NCBI RefSeq assembly: GCF_009834535.1
Contig: NC_045697.1
Location: 85,128,001 to 85,192,000 of the forward strand
Direction: 5' to 3'
DNA from: Camelus ferus
Taxonomy: Eukaryota
Length of the DNA: 64,000 bases
Shown: positions 12,937-25,869 of the stretch, in pieces
Layout: every line of letters begins with the position of its first letter
How positions within the stretch are numbered: position 1 is the first letter of the stretch
Notes under the pieces: model-generated
What the model saw: the letters and a program-made list of their open reading frames with translations, nothing else
Told to the model about the DNA's origin: nothing
Databases searched by the model: none
Made by a program: the position numbers and the translations under genes

Positions 12937-13699
12937 CATTTGTCTTGTTAATGCATCTTTAGAAAACATGTCCAATAAGCTGTATCTAAGCATATTTTTT
13001 CCACAAGGGGATTTAGACTAAAATACAAACAACAGTAATTGTGCCAACAAGGCAAAAATTCTTAAAGTGGAAGGCGGCATGGGACCGTCCAAGAGGAGTT
13101 TACAAACTCCACTCACCCAGATAAGGGCTGGAAGTGGGTCTGTGTTCAGAGAGGAGAGAGGGGCCTGTGCTGATGAAATAAACCACAGCACTTAACGCTG
13201 TTTCGTTTAGACTGTAAATGTGGGCAGATAATGTGGGCTAGAAACATTATTTCATCCGTGGGGCATGTGGTAATTATATCCACATTAAAGCACTTCTGCT
13301 AATCACACACACACGCGCTCGGCTTTGCCTTGGATGGGGTAGAGCTGACACCCAGGGACGCCGCACAGATTTGGGTACATCAGCACATCTCTCGCTGCGT
13401 GTGTCGCCTACCTGGGGGCTGCCGCAGCTCCTCTCAAATGGCTTCTCCTTCCCCCTACTCCCTGCATAGCAGATTACAACATAAACACAGCACGAGAACA
13501 GAAGTTTATAGTTGCAGGAGAGGAAGCCAGTCTGGCCGTTTTTATCAAGGATTGTTTCCCCTGAACTTAGTCTAAATTGGGCAATCTGAGTAGTTAGCTG
13601 GCACGGCCATTGACATAAAAGCCTATGGCAGAGCAGGATTAGTGACTCAAACTCAAACAAAGGCAGGCCCTGGGTATTGGGCCACCCCACAAGGTTGTC

Positions 13700-13905
13700 T
13701 TAAGTAGCTACCATGTGTTACACCCATACTAAGTGTTTTAAATGTACTTTTTCTTTAAATCTTCACAATCCCCCTATGTGAATAAATAATTATCTGTACT
13801 TATACCAGCGAGAAAACTGAGACTCATAAAGGATAAGTAACTTGCCTAGAATCAGGATTCAAATCCTGTACAATTCAGAACCTCGGCTGCCTCCACTGCA
13901 CTCTG
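13700..13905 (-). mobile_element. MIR SINE
   Basis: gagaaaactgagactcataaaggataagtaacttgcc MIR core. Confidence 0.7.
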
Positions 13906-14676
13906 GGCCATATTAGGAGCCATAAGAATTGAAAAAGTAATTATGCCCCACTGTCTCTAACCACCACCATAACATGTAGCTCAGAATAAAATAATATTTT
14001 AAAAAATATCACAAGATTACAACGTAAGCCTAAATTGAAAATACTTCAATTCTAGATCTGTTTGTAAATCCTGGATAAATTCATTGACTGTGGGCTTTTC
14101 AGAGTGTTTCCACTCAGTTCCCCTGTTTGCTGGTGCCCTGAGGGAGTACCGGGCAGCCAGGTGGGGAATCTGGCATTGACTCTCCCCTGTCGCTGTCTTC
14201 AGGGAAGATGTCTTCATGTACCACTGAGAAGACAGACACTCCTGAGCCTTGTGTGTTCTCACTGGTGTTTTCGCCTTTTCTGCCTCGAGAGTCAGTGGAA
14301 GTCACATTTGGTGTGCTTATTTTGAAGCTCGCCCAGATCCCTGTGGGGCTTAAAGAGATTAAGCCCTTGTGATAGCCAGATTGTTGGTATTTAATGCTCC
14401 ATTACTCACCCTTCTGCGGGGGCCCAGAAAGCAGGTTGGCAGACAGCGATGCGGACGCAAGTCCAGTTGTGAGGCTCTTCAGTGCCAGATGTGTCAGAGT
14501 GACCCCTGAATGGGAAGCATGTGCTTTCCAGGAACGTGATGGGGAGAAGTCCATACATTTGCCTTGTCTTAATGTTCTGTTTGGCCATTACAGGATCAAA
14601 GGCCAGATGATTTTCACAGGCACTGTGCCATGTGCCCTTTCTCAAACCAAATGCTGGTGAGAGATATTTTTGGTGG

Positions 14677-15191
14677 TACTGGGAGACACTTCTCCATGTG
14701 TCCCCTGCATTTCCACATGTCTTATAAACAGAGGCATGGGCTCCCTTTGTTCTGGAATATCTTTTCAAAGACGTTAGTTTAGCAAACAGCCCAGAAGAGA
14801 GAGATCATGCTCCCTCCTAAGGAAAGGGCAGGTTTGATTACTGTCCAGTATGTCCAGTGTAATAAAAGCAGTGTCTCCCTCTGGAGCTAAGCAGGCAGAC
14901 TTCCTGCCCGTTATAAAAGATTTGGTTTCCCTAAACTCAGGGTTTCTCTTTCCTAACACAACTTTGTGCACATGCAGGTGTCACCTGGCCTTCTTCACAT
15001 TGTCCATCTGACACGGGGGTCAGGAACTGAGGCAAAATACTCTGGCTATTGCTATTGTTATGAGTAATAAACAATCTTTTGTTTCTGACCCAGGAGTCTT
15101 GGATCTTCTGCCAGCATCCATGAACCTGGTAGGGTAATTTGTTACCTTGTAGGTAAAGGGTAAAATTTCAGACCCTTCAGAGTTCTTGACA
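14677..15191 (+). mobile_element. ERVL-class solo LTR (MER76-like)
   Basis: Ends in ...cagacccttcagagttcttgaca. Contains an internal repeated gtctccctctggag motif, TATA-like ttataaaa and aataaa at about 15066. The subfamily name is from memory. Confidence 0.65.
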
Positions 15192-15982
15192 GATCATTTT
15201 CAGGTCTTACCATTTTATAAAGGCATATGTGTTATATGTTTGAATATGTGTATATAAGTATTTATTTACCTACCTGTATGTTTGTACATGTAATAAAACT
15301 ATATTGTTATATATAAATGTCTACCCAAAAATCTCATTTTGTAATTTTTAATGTGACAACTACATCTTCATCACTTGAAAAAAAGTGCCTTCTTTTTTAG
15401 ACCTATTTATAAAGACAGAACTCAGAATCATTTTCAGTCCTTTAAAAGCTATTCTCCAGGTGCATTTATTACCGATTAGCATGGCAATAACTAGTCCCTG
15501 AGCTTCAAAGAGAAGGAAACAATGGACTTTTTTTGGTCAAAACTGCATAGCAAATAAATGCTCTTTTAAATTGTGCATTAGCAAGTCCATTATAATTTTG
15601 TCGTAGGCTATTTTTGTTTATCTTAGAAAAGATGTGGTGTATTGGTGCGAGTGGTGATGATAATGAATGTGTTATAATAGTGAACATGCTGTCTCTTAGC
15701 TCCAGAAAACTCTGAAACCTCAAAAAAGGTTTTGTGGGATACAATTACGCCGTCATAGAGTGAAGACAGTGAAGGACGACGTCTACTCCCAAGCCCTAGA
15801 CAGCATCTGAAGCCCCCTTAGAAGATCACTGAATACAAATTATCCATCACATTCAGCTCCAGAAAGAGAAAAGTCATTCTCTGGAAGCACCCTCATTCAA
15901 ATATTTGATAGACAAAATTTTTTGAATTCTTTATCATATTGAAGGAATATTTGTTCCCTGAATTTCACATCTGCTTCTGCTT

Positions 15983-16135
15983 ATTTTTGTTTGTTTTTTG
16001 TTCGTTTTGTTTGTTTTTTGGGGGGTGTTATTATGTTTGTTTGTTTGTTTGTTTTTAGAGGAGGTACCAGGATTGAACCTAGGACCTCATGCATACTAAG
16101 CATGCACTCTGTCATTTGAGCTATACCTACCCCTG
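15983..16135 (-). mobile_element. vic-1-type camelid SINE (tRNA-Ala derived) with target-site duplication
   Basis: Reverse complement reads GGGGTAGGTATAGCTCAAATGACAGAGTGCATGCTTAGTATGCATGAGGTCCTAGGTTCAATCCTGGTACCTCC, followed by an A-rich/C-run/A-rich tail. 16-bp TSD acatctgcttctgctt (15967-15982) and acatctgtttctgctt (16136-16151). Confidence 0.88.
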
Positions 16136-16362
16136 ACATCTGTTTCTGCTTCTGATAAAACCAAATTTCTACTAATGGATTCCAACGTCATTGCTGACAT
16201 TCACCAGTTTGTGAAATCTATCTAACACCTAAAACATCAGTTTCCTCATCTGTATAACAGGCACAAATACTGGCCATTTCCTTGCCTAAGTTGAAGGTAA
16301 AATGAGCTTTAACACATAGAAAGTGCCCAGGAGGTAGAGGTTACAGCTATTACTCACCTTCA

Positions 16363-16530
16363 TTTTTTAACCTTTTTTAAATTGAAGTATACAGTTTACA
16401 ATGTTGTGTTAGCTTCAGGTGTACAGCAGTGATTCAGTTTTATATATATATATATATATATAATATACATATATATACATGCTTTTTCAGGATACTGTCA
16501 TTCCCTGTGCTGTACAGGAGGTCCTCGTTG
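16363..16530 (-). mobile_element. Short 5'-truncated L1 3' end with TSD and an internal (TA)n
   Basis: ttttttaaattgaagtatacagtttacaatgttgtgttag...ttccctgtgctgtacag. TSD ctcaccttca at 16353-16362 and 16531-16540. Confidence 0.8.
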
Positions 16531-17863
16531 CTCACCTTCACTTTATGGCATGCTTGCAGGTGACAGCATTGTCGTTTCTTAGTGGCGATGTTGGGGTGAT
16601 GGTTTGGTCCAGTGTGTACCACATTACAATGTATCTCACTCCGTTCCTAGATCACATCCACCCGCTTTCACATTAAAACAGTCTTGGTTTTAATATTCTG
16701 TGGGTTATAGTTTTTGGTTTAGTTTTGGTTTAAAGATAGTATGAGGTTTCCCTATGGAAATGGGTTTTTCTTTCTATTTTTAGACAAATTATTAAGTTAA
16801 TATGAGGACCCTCCACTAGTGAATACCTTTGTTCAGTCTGTCACTCTTGTATGGCTCCTTATAAAGCGTCTTAGGTTTCTAAGCTTTAAAAAAAGGAAAA
16901 AACATTTAATTATTGTAGTTAGGTTTACATTTTTACTGAAAAAATAGAACTTCAGAGCTATACACCTCAGGTAATTAGAATCTCACTAATCTTTATGCTT
17001 GACTACACATTTATTTTGAATGTGAAAAGAGTTTATATTTGAATGTGCCCTCAGTCTCTTAAATATTTTGAATATGGGTACCAATACACCTCCATTCATT
17101 CCGAAGACACATACATATCCTACCATACTAACATATACATTATAAAATACATGAAACTATGAATCTTAGAGGAGTTTGAAATTTAAGTCTATAACTTTAA
17201 TTTATTAACTATAGTTAATGACAGTGGATGTAAATCCTTATTTCAAATAATCTTGATAATTTCAAACTGCTGTGGCTGTTATCTCAGAAGATCTGATTAG
17301 ATAAGGATTGTTCTTATCTATTGTTATGTGGTTGACAACGAGACAATAGAAATAGGTGTCAGCATTACTATTTCTTTGTTGGTTGTTTTTACTTGCATTG
17401 TTGGTATTATTATTAATCCGTGATTTATTTATAGAGTTTTTTAAGGCATGTGTTCATTTTGTGAGGTACAGTAATCAAAACTGGAATAACAATCCATCAA
17501 TCTGGTTAAGTACATGCCTGGCAACAGGCTGAAAGCAAACGTGTGCGTGAGAACCCGAGATGAATCTCTCCACGATGTGGAAATCTCACTTCACCTGCTT
17601 TATGTGACATGTGACCTTCCCATGTATGGACTGAGTAAGGAGACTCGTGCAGTCTCTGTGTTGAAAATGAATTAGGCTTTTTCTTTTTTTTACAGTTGAG
17701 TCGTCTATCAATAGAAATTGTAATACTATCTTGCAACTCCAGGGAGTCATGTTTCTTACGTTCGTGCATGCTCCGGAGATCTTCTATTGCATTACACAGG
17801 GATCTCTGCCTTATTAAGGTGTAGAACTTGGAAGTGTACTGTCTATGTACAAACTCCCACCTT

Positions 17864-17988
17864 TTTGTTTGTTTTTGGAGGAGGAGTAATTAGGTTTATT
17901 TATTTGCTCGTTTGTTTGTTTTTAATGGAGGCACTGGGGATTGAACCCAGGGCTTCATGCATGCTAGGCACACACTACCACTGACGCG
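17864..17988 (-). mobile_element. vic-1-type camelid SINE, 5' end degraded
   Basis: tRNA-Ala-like body (GGTTCAATCCCCAGTGCCTCCA) and the same bipartite tail. Flanked by cccacctt at 17856-17863 and 17989-17996. Confidence 0.85.
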
Positions 17989-20189
17989 CCCACCTTCTAT
18001 AGAAAGAACATGCCTGAGCAATAGTTACATCATCGTTTGGGAGGAGGCTGGTCACCCTGAGGCTACAGCTTAGACTGGGAGCTGCAAGACCTACAGCTGC
18101 CAAGCCAGTGAGAGGAATGTGTACAGCATGGAATCCGACTGACACAGGCAACTCGCTTAGGCGTTTCAAGCTAACAAACAGACCTCCTAGCGATCTGGTT
18201 GACTTATGAAGTCCACCTACACTGGCAAAATGCACTGCAGATAAATTGTCACGCTCACCTTTTATCTGGGGACCGTACTGGTTACAGGAGGTGACACAAC
18301 ACTGCATGATGAGAAACCAGAAAAATGGATGATTTGGGGGATGTCTCGTGGTGTGGGATTTGTCCCAGAAACTCACTTTCTGAAGTGGCCCCTGAGTAGC
18401 AATTTAGAACATACATTAATTCAGTAGTAGCTGAGCAAAAGTGATCAAGATTTCCCAGGGGAATTAAGGTTCCAGATTGTTTCTCAAAGGGTTGCATCAA
18501 TTAAAGTCATCTTTTTGGTCAGCTGTGACCCATGATTAATTGGAGTGATCCAAATTCCTGCAAGCCTTGTGTCACACACTTCTTTGCTTCCCCGTCTGTT
18601 TTGTCCAAAGTGTTGACCAACAAGCCCCACTTGCTGTAGCTCATCAGAGTTAGAGTAAATGTCTCACTATGGGTTAGAAAGAAACACTGAAGACGTCAGA
18701 AATAATGACACATAAGCCAGTGGCAAACACAGTGATTTAGTAAAGAGACAAGCTGTGGAGCAGACAAAAGGGAGACCTAATTAAGTTCCATTCTCTTCAG
18801 TAGTGTGTGAAATGCAAAGATCTACTAGCTCGAACCAATTTACATGTAAATGTTGAATCTTATACCCACCAGAATCCGAAGCAGGTAGACTGCTTTACCT
18901 TTAAAAGAAACTGACAACTGATCAACCAAATAAGATTTAAAAACATTAGGGGAAATTAAAAATGGATGTATGGAGGAGAATGATGGGAATTTATTCACTG
19001 ATGTGGAGCCTCTTAGAATGAAACTTCTTATTTTCATCTTTTTAAAAAAGAAAATCCCACATTATCCAGCAGATGATGCATAGAGAATTATTGTCCATCT
19101 CAGGCTTTTTGAGGTTTTCAGTCACTTAATGCTCTTAACTAACTTCCATCAAACATTTCCACAGATAAAATCCTTTCTAAGCCACCTAAATCCTTGTTGG
19201 AATATATGGAAGATTTATAAAAAATGAAGATGTTATACTTTGCAGCCCTATATCAATGCTGCCAACGTGTATATCCACAGCCCCCCGGCCATCCCCACGT
19301 CCCGGGTGTGGATGACTTCATGCTATAGGGAACCTTTGCATTTTGCTAGGTGTTTGTGGTATTTTCAGAATTGGTGCTGCCCCCTTAAGATGCAGCAAAT
19401 GTACTGCTCAACGATAAAACTTATTTCTCAGGAGTTCTGTGGGTTTTGTTTGAATCTGCTAGTTGTACTGAACTGGCAAAGAAATAGTGAAAATAGTTCT
19501 CAAAGACTTTTCAGTATGGGAAATAAGATAATCAAAATAATTATAGTTAATGTGCAAGTTGATAATAGTTGCTATTCTAGGGGAAATTTTATTTGGAACC
19601 ACTGAGGTGTGTTAATGATTCAGACTTTCTGCAGCAGGCAGCTGGACAGATTGCAACTGACCACGGGCTTGTAGCAGGAAGACTCGGGACAAACATGTAA
19701 GTAAGTTAATTACAATGAAAAAACCAATAAATCAAATTGAATAAGGCTTTCCATCTTACTCTTCAGAAGGTTTCCCGTTATTTCAAAATGCACTGTCTTA
19801 AGTGGAAGAGAGAAATACTGTCTCCCTGCAGAGTTTTCCTGCAGGGAGATTAACCAGAGCTACTGCTCAGGACCAGCAGTAATTTCTCCTACAGCATATA
19901 TTTTATAGGAAAAATAAATCTGGAAAGTCTTGGATATTTAGTTGAATTTCCCAAAATAAACCCCTGATAAATGAATGAGATTTGAAGCATCTCACTCTCT
20001 CTTTTTACAGCCTTTGAGAAAGTTTAAAATTAAAACTGGAAGGAGTGTGGCAAGAGGTTGAAGTCAGAAAGCAGCTCTTACTCAGTCCATTCAATATTTC
20101 TTTATCGAATATACATTATGGACCAGTTATTATTCTAGTTGTCTGAGCCTGATTTTATCTTATATACAAATATAAATCATTTTGCATCA

Positions 20190-20408
20190 TTTTTTTAAAT
20201 TGAAGCATAGTCAGTTCCCGTGTGTCCATTTCTGGTGTGTACAGCACAATGTCCCAGTCGTGCATATACATACATACATTTGTTTTCATATTCTTTTTCT
20301 TTAAAGGTTATTACAAGATGCTGAGTACAGTTCCCTGTGCTATACAGAAATTTGTTTATCTATTTTTATGTATAGTAGTTAATATTTGCAAATCTTGGAC
20401 TCCTAACT
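20190..20408 (-). mobile_element. Short L1 3' end (artiodactyl/camelid type)
   Basis: ttttttaaattgaagcatagtcagtt...ggttattacaagatgctgagtacagttccctgtgctataca, the same family signature as the copy at 16363. Confidence 0.8.
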
Positions 20409-20624
20409 TTAGCATAGTTTTAATATATACTGAATTTTCCTGGAACACAGCTACTATTTGAAATATGATTGCATGTTTTGTTCTTTGTCCTGAAGTTTTC
20501 CAAAAGCTGCTCACCATTTCTAAAAATCAGATTGAAGATGGCAGTGCTGCTCACGGCCTTTCACTCACCCGCACAGCACCCCTGGCTCAGTCTGCATCTG
20601 TGCACCTACTCACCTGATTCCGCC

Positions 20625-21630
20625 TGGATATCCAATTATTCCAGCAGCATTTGGTGAAAAGACAGCCCTCTCTCCACTGAATTTCCTTTGCACCTTTATG
20701 GGAAAGCAGTTGTCCCTGTATATGTGGGACTATTTCTGGGCTTTCTATTTTTTTTCTGTTGATCTATTTATCTAGTACTTCTGTCAATACTGTCTATTTT
20801 AACTACTATAGCTTGAAATTAGATAGTGGAAGTCTACCAATTTTTAATTCTTTTTCAAGATTGTCTCAGCTATTCTTGATCATTTGCATTTCTATATGAC
20901 TTTTAGAATCACCTAATTGGTTTCTCAAAAAAAATTTTTTTGTCTGGATCGTGTTGAATCTGTAGATCAATTTAGGAAAAAGTAACATTTTGACAATATT
21001 TAGTCTTATGACCCATGAGCAAAGCATATTTCTTCGTTTATTCAGGTATTTAAGCTTTTTCACAGCAATGTTTTGTAGTTTACATATCTTGCCAATTTTT
21101 ATTTGGTTTATCTCAAAGTATTTTGTATTTTTGATCCTGTTTTAAATGCATTTGTTTTATTTTAATTTCTTGTTGTTCATTCCTAGTGTATGGAAATAGA
21201 ATTGGTCTTTGTATAATGATCACAACCTCGCTAATCACACTTGTTAGTGAGTTGCTTTTTGTAGGTTCTGTCAGGTTTTCGACATAGATAACCATGCTAT
21301 CTGTGAACAACGCTGACCAGAACCTCCAGTACAATGTCCAGTAGAAGTGATAAGAGGAGACATCAGTCTTATTGCTAACCTCAGGGGAAAGCATCTGTCT
21401 TTCACCATGAAGTATGATGCTAGCTATTGATCTTTGCTTATGAGCTATATTTGGTTGAGGAAAGTCCCCTTCTATTCTTAGTTTGCCAAGAATTTTTATC
21501 AGTTGTTGATATTGAATTTTGTCAAATGCTTTTTCTGTGTCTACTGAAACGATCATTTTTCTTTTTTACTTTGTTAACGTCGTGAATTACCTTGATTTTC
21601 AAATGTTAAGCCAACCTTGCATCCCTTGGC
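20625..21630 (-). mobile_element. Degraded L1 ORF2 fragment (reverse transcriptase region)
   Basis: ORF remnants DTEKAFDKIQ (L1 DAEKAFDKIQ) and [25 protein letters not shown] (L1 CSWIGRINIVKM...IYRFNAI), with frameshifts and deletions. Confidence 0.92.
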
Positions 21631-23634
21631 GCCAGTCCCACCTACTGACTCAGGTTGATGCAACTTGAGAGAAGAAGCATCCACCATCTGAGGTGTGTCA
21701 GCCAAGTTGGAAGGTGAAGCAAACATTCAGAAAAAAAGTAGAAGCTATAGGAAAGAGATGCAGTTTCAGCAGACATAGGAGAAGGGTTAGGGCAGTAGAT
21801 GGGAGGACCCTGGGGTTGGCCAAGGGTGAGTGATGTAGTCTGTATTAGGAACAAGAATGTTCAGAGCATTATAAGGATGAAAGTATGGTAGAGTATTTAG
21901 TTGTTTGGAAAGCTTACATCATGGAAATTGACTGAAAATGCATGACTTGGATGCTCTGAGAGTCCAGGAGCCCAGAGAATCATCCTTTGGAAGGTGTCAG
22001 TTGTAGCAACTGCATTCTCTGCAACACTTGACTGCTGCACATTCTACACAACCATTGATACCATGGTCTGTGTGTGTGTAGGTTCTTGGGGTGAAGCAGG
22101 TCCCAGGGACTGTGATATCTGGCACTGCCTAGGCTGGAGAGGACCACAGAGACTCAAGCCTGATATATGTGTAGAATCTGAAGTACAGAACTCCTGTTCC
22201 TGTCTCGTTTTAGCAGGACATTGTCTACATAACCTCCCACCAGTCGTTGCTAGCTTCGCTGCTGATATTCCATCCCTGAAACTCACTCAGCATCTGGGCA
22301 TCCGCTCCTTGCCAGCACAATTCCATGAAGCCAAGTGTCTTGCAGTCAGTTCCTGGACTTCTGTCACTGGGCACTACCTATCTGCAATAATATTGGTGCC
22401 GCTTAGGCTTCCAACTTGCATGACACGAGCAGACTAAGCATCTATTTCTAGACACTTCGACTGGTATGTTATGCCTACGGGAATCTTCTTTGTATCATAC
22501 CTCTGTCCACCTCCCCTATTACAGTGGGTTGTTCTAGCCCCTTCCGTTACCACTGAAGTTAATTTTCTATATCCAATTGCATCCCAAGATAGAAATAACA
22601 TTGCAAAGCATAAAGGTCTTTTGAATGATTGTATTTTGGAAATGTCTGCCACTGCTCTCTTCCATTGCTGAGTTAACACTGCATAGTTCTCTGATCAATA
22701 ATAGCATTATACTCACACTTACTCATTCTTATCTCTGAATAGATGTATTTAAGTCATACTTGAAGGGTTACTATGCTAGACCAGAGTAAAATGGATCGAG
22801 TTTAACTTCCATTTTGGTCACTGCCTGGTCTTTGGTACATAAAGGTAAGCAGAGAAACAGAAGTATGATAAGCACTCATGAGTATGATCCATTTCACAAT
22901 TAAATGTCCTGTCCAGGTGGGACACAATTGGTCGCTACCTGCCATAGCCCTGTAATAGGCAAACCTCCAGGGCTGACAGACCATTCTGGATTTCTTGACT
23001 TCTTCAAAGTGCAGGTTATCCCCCAAACTACCAATCACATCTGCAAACATATTTTAAAAAGTCGTGGATGAGTCTGCTGGAAGCTGTCCTTGGACGTGGG
23101 ACTACAGATGCCTGTAATGGCTCCACTCCCAGGCAAGATGCGGTCCATCGTGCGAGTTGCTGTGGAACACAGTACGTTCTGTTCTCTGTGGAATCTCAGT
23201 GTTAGAAGCCAGTGACTCCTTGAGCAGCTCTTTCTCTTTACTAATTAAATGCTAAATTAAGTAAAAAAAAATTTGACTTTAGAAATTGGAATTTTCTGAG
23301 TGAGAAATAGTTAAGGGCTTCCCCTTTTAAACCTTGCAAGGTAAATTCCCCATACCCAAATTCTCACAAGCTGTAAAATCTACTGTCACATAGCACATGG
23401 AAAGGACATTAAAAACAACTTGAGCCAACCTCCTTAGGCTGGGTCTCATGAGTTGTTTTAAAAGATAACCTTTAAACCCTTTGGTTCTCTGAAATACAGA
23501 AAGTGAAATTCATTTTGAGACTATTGTAATTTTTCCAGGTTTGAGAACCTAAGAAAATAGTTAGTTACTTAAAACTCTCTTAGGACATTTCTGTATAAAG
23601 CTTTCCAAGTGCAGGCACACGCATGCGCGCACAC

Positions 23635-23636
<2 letters not shown>

Positions 23637-23677
<41 letters not shown>
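23637..23677 (+). repeat. (AC)~20 microsatellite
   Basis: Perfect dinucleotide run preceded by alternating purine-pyrimidine sequence (gcacacgcatgcgcgcacac). Confidence 0.97.
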
Positions 23678-23680
<3 letters not shown>

Positions 23681-24186
23681 GATACACCTCCAGAGTGTAG
23701 TCTAGCTGTGGAGTCACCTTCGTAAATTTTAAATAAAATGAAAGTCTTAAACATTCACCTGAGGATACAAATTTTGGAAGACGCAGAATATATTGGTTCT
23801 TATTTTATTTTTGTGGTTCTTCTCAGCATTGTCAAGGGGACAGTATTGGTTATCTACGGCTGGATAACTTAATATCTTAAAATAGTACCAACTGTTTATA
23901 TTTCTCACAATTTTGTGGTTAGTCTGAGATGGTTTCTGCTGCAGGGCTTGTGTGGGCTCAACCATGTGACCGCGGTTCGCTGATGGGCTGGCTGGGGGTT
24001 GGATTCAGCTGGGACAGTTGAGTCTCTCAGTATGTTATCTTCAACCTTCAAGAAGCCTAGACTGCTTTAATGATGGTGGTTGTGCTGCATCTGAGAGGGC
24101 AAACTCTCACGTGTAGGCAATTCCCACATGTCTGTCACTGACCCGTGGCCAAAGCAAGCCTCACAGCCAAGCCCGGGCAGTGTTTG

Positions 24187-24549
24187 TGTGACGGGGTTTC
24201 ATCTGTCAGCCTGGTTGGGCTGTCATACTCAGTGATTTAACCAAACGCTAACCCAGGTGTTGCTGTGAAGGTATTTGATAGATGTGATTAATGTCTATAA
24301 TCAACTGACTTTAAGTAGAGGAAGTTACCCTTAATACTGTGCGTGGCTCTTACCGGCCGTTTGGAGGCCTGAAGAGCAAAAACTGAGATTTCCCAGAGAA
24401 TAAGAAATTCTGCTTCAAGATTGCAGCATCAGCCCCTGCCTAAGTTTCCGGCCTTGCCAGTCCCCATACCTTCAGACCCAATTCCTTAAAATAAATCCCT
24501 TAATTTGTATCCTTGTGATCTGTTTCTCTGAAGAGCGCTGACTGATCCA
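24187..24549 (+). mobile_element. MLT2-type (ERVL) solo LTR
   Basis: tgtgacgg...ggtgttgctgtgaaggtattt...aatcaactgactttaagta...caattccttaaaataaatc...tctgtttctctgaagagcgctgactgatcca. Confidence 0.85.
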
Positions 24550-24634
24550 GTGGGGACTACACACAGGAGCAGATGCTGAGAAGCCTGATACAGCCGGGTC
24601 ATTACTGTCACAATCTACTGCAGTTTGTCCTTGG

Positions 24635-25025
24635 CTCTGGTGTTATTTTGTGTCCTCCAATAAGCAGTTTACAAGATGGAATTAGAAAGGTGTTAGATTT
24701 TTTAGAGGAAGGATCTGCGAAAGATAGAGGGGGGGGTAGCCAGAGAAGGAAAGAAGCACCTTAAGGCTGTGATCTGGATCTGACACCTGTGAATGAGGAA
24801 GAAAGAGGGCTGAGCAGGAGGTGTCTCGGACTGCAAGGTGGTTCTAAGAAGGCTTCGTCTGGGCTCATGGGGCCGAAGTTGCCCATCAGGGGTGTCCTGG
24901 GGCTCAGGGAATGGGCCTCCATTAGCACTCATGCAGTTTGCGTGAGAAGCACTGCCCCACCGTGAAAGCAGGTGGGGACCCAAAGGGGTGGTAGCTCTCC
25001 CCACAGCAGAAGCTCTGAGTAGTGC
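24635..25025 (-). mobile_element. ERVL-class LTR (LTR33/LTR67-like; subfamily uncertain)
   Basis: gtcctccaataagcag...aagatggaattaga...tctgacacctgtgaa...gtctcggactgca...catggctgccaca. Confidence 0.6.
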
Positions 25026-25869
25026 TTTTTCATGGCTGCCACAGCCCCCAGTGATTCATGGTCCTTCCACAGTCAAAATACACTTAACTCTCTTCAAGAC
25101 TCCAAAGTCCCATTCAGTCATGGCATCAGGCTTACGGTCCACCACTTCATGATCTGCATCAGGTCCAGGCACAGCTGAGGATCCCCAGATGCAGCTCTTC
25201 TTTATCCAGAGATCGGAGCAGAAGGTTGAATTATCTGTTCCCAGTCACTTAATACAGAACAGTGAGATGGGGATGGATAACTGCGATAGATGCACCCCTT
25301 CAAAAAGATGAATGGGGTTCCGTTTCTGGGAAAAATGGAATGGGAGTGTCTCTCCAGGAAATACAGCTATCAAACCTGAAGAGAATGCATGGAGCTCAAG
25401 AAATCTGAAAAGTAAATACCAGCAAGTAGCTTGGGGAAGGTCAGAATTCAAGTCCAAACCACTCCATGGGGAGTATGCCACGTCTCCCCTCCTGGTATCC
25501 CCCAGCTAACTAAAAGTGGGCATGAGAGGGCAAATAGAGGGACTCCTGTGGGCTTGGTGCCAAAAAAGCAGGAAAGGAAACACATTAGACTCAGAGAGAG
25601 TATGGAAATGCCCCTCTTTCCCTTTCCTTCATCTTGTTCTCTCACACTCCAACCTCTAAGTTATCCCATGGTGATGGGACACAGCCAGAAACACGAGGCT
25701 GCAGGAACCGAAACCCTGAGAGAGTAGAAATGTGCCCCCTGCCCAGTGGTGCTGCCATAACAAGAGGGCGGTCCAAGCCCAACTGCTTTCTCCGCATGTC
25801 CTGCTCACTGACTGGGGATGTTGATGAAATTGCAGAAGTACACAGCAGAGCAGGGTAATATTGAGCTGG

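Larger units (their letters stand above)
23840..25330 (-). mobile_element. Old MaLR (MLT1 LTR plus internal segment) split by two nested LTRs
   Basis: LTR part at about 23840-24185 and 24550-24620. MLT1-int-like part at about 25025-25330 (aaaatacacttaactc...catggcatcaggct...ggataactgcgataga). Confidence 0.6.

Noticed and set aside
16058..16135. tRNA-Ala-like sequences (also at about 17925, 31060 and 51190)
   Set aside because: Broken stems, SINE-type A-rich tails and target-site duplications show these are SINEs, not functional tRNA genes.
20866..21556. ORFs with reverse-transcriptase-like motifs
   Set aside because: These are frameshifted L1 ORF2 relics, not a host gene or a novel RT system.
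21994..22679. Overlapping 66-147 aa ORFs on both strands
   Set aside because: No recognisable domain, no coding-like composition and no coherent splice structure. Likely chance ORFs.
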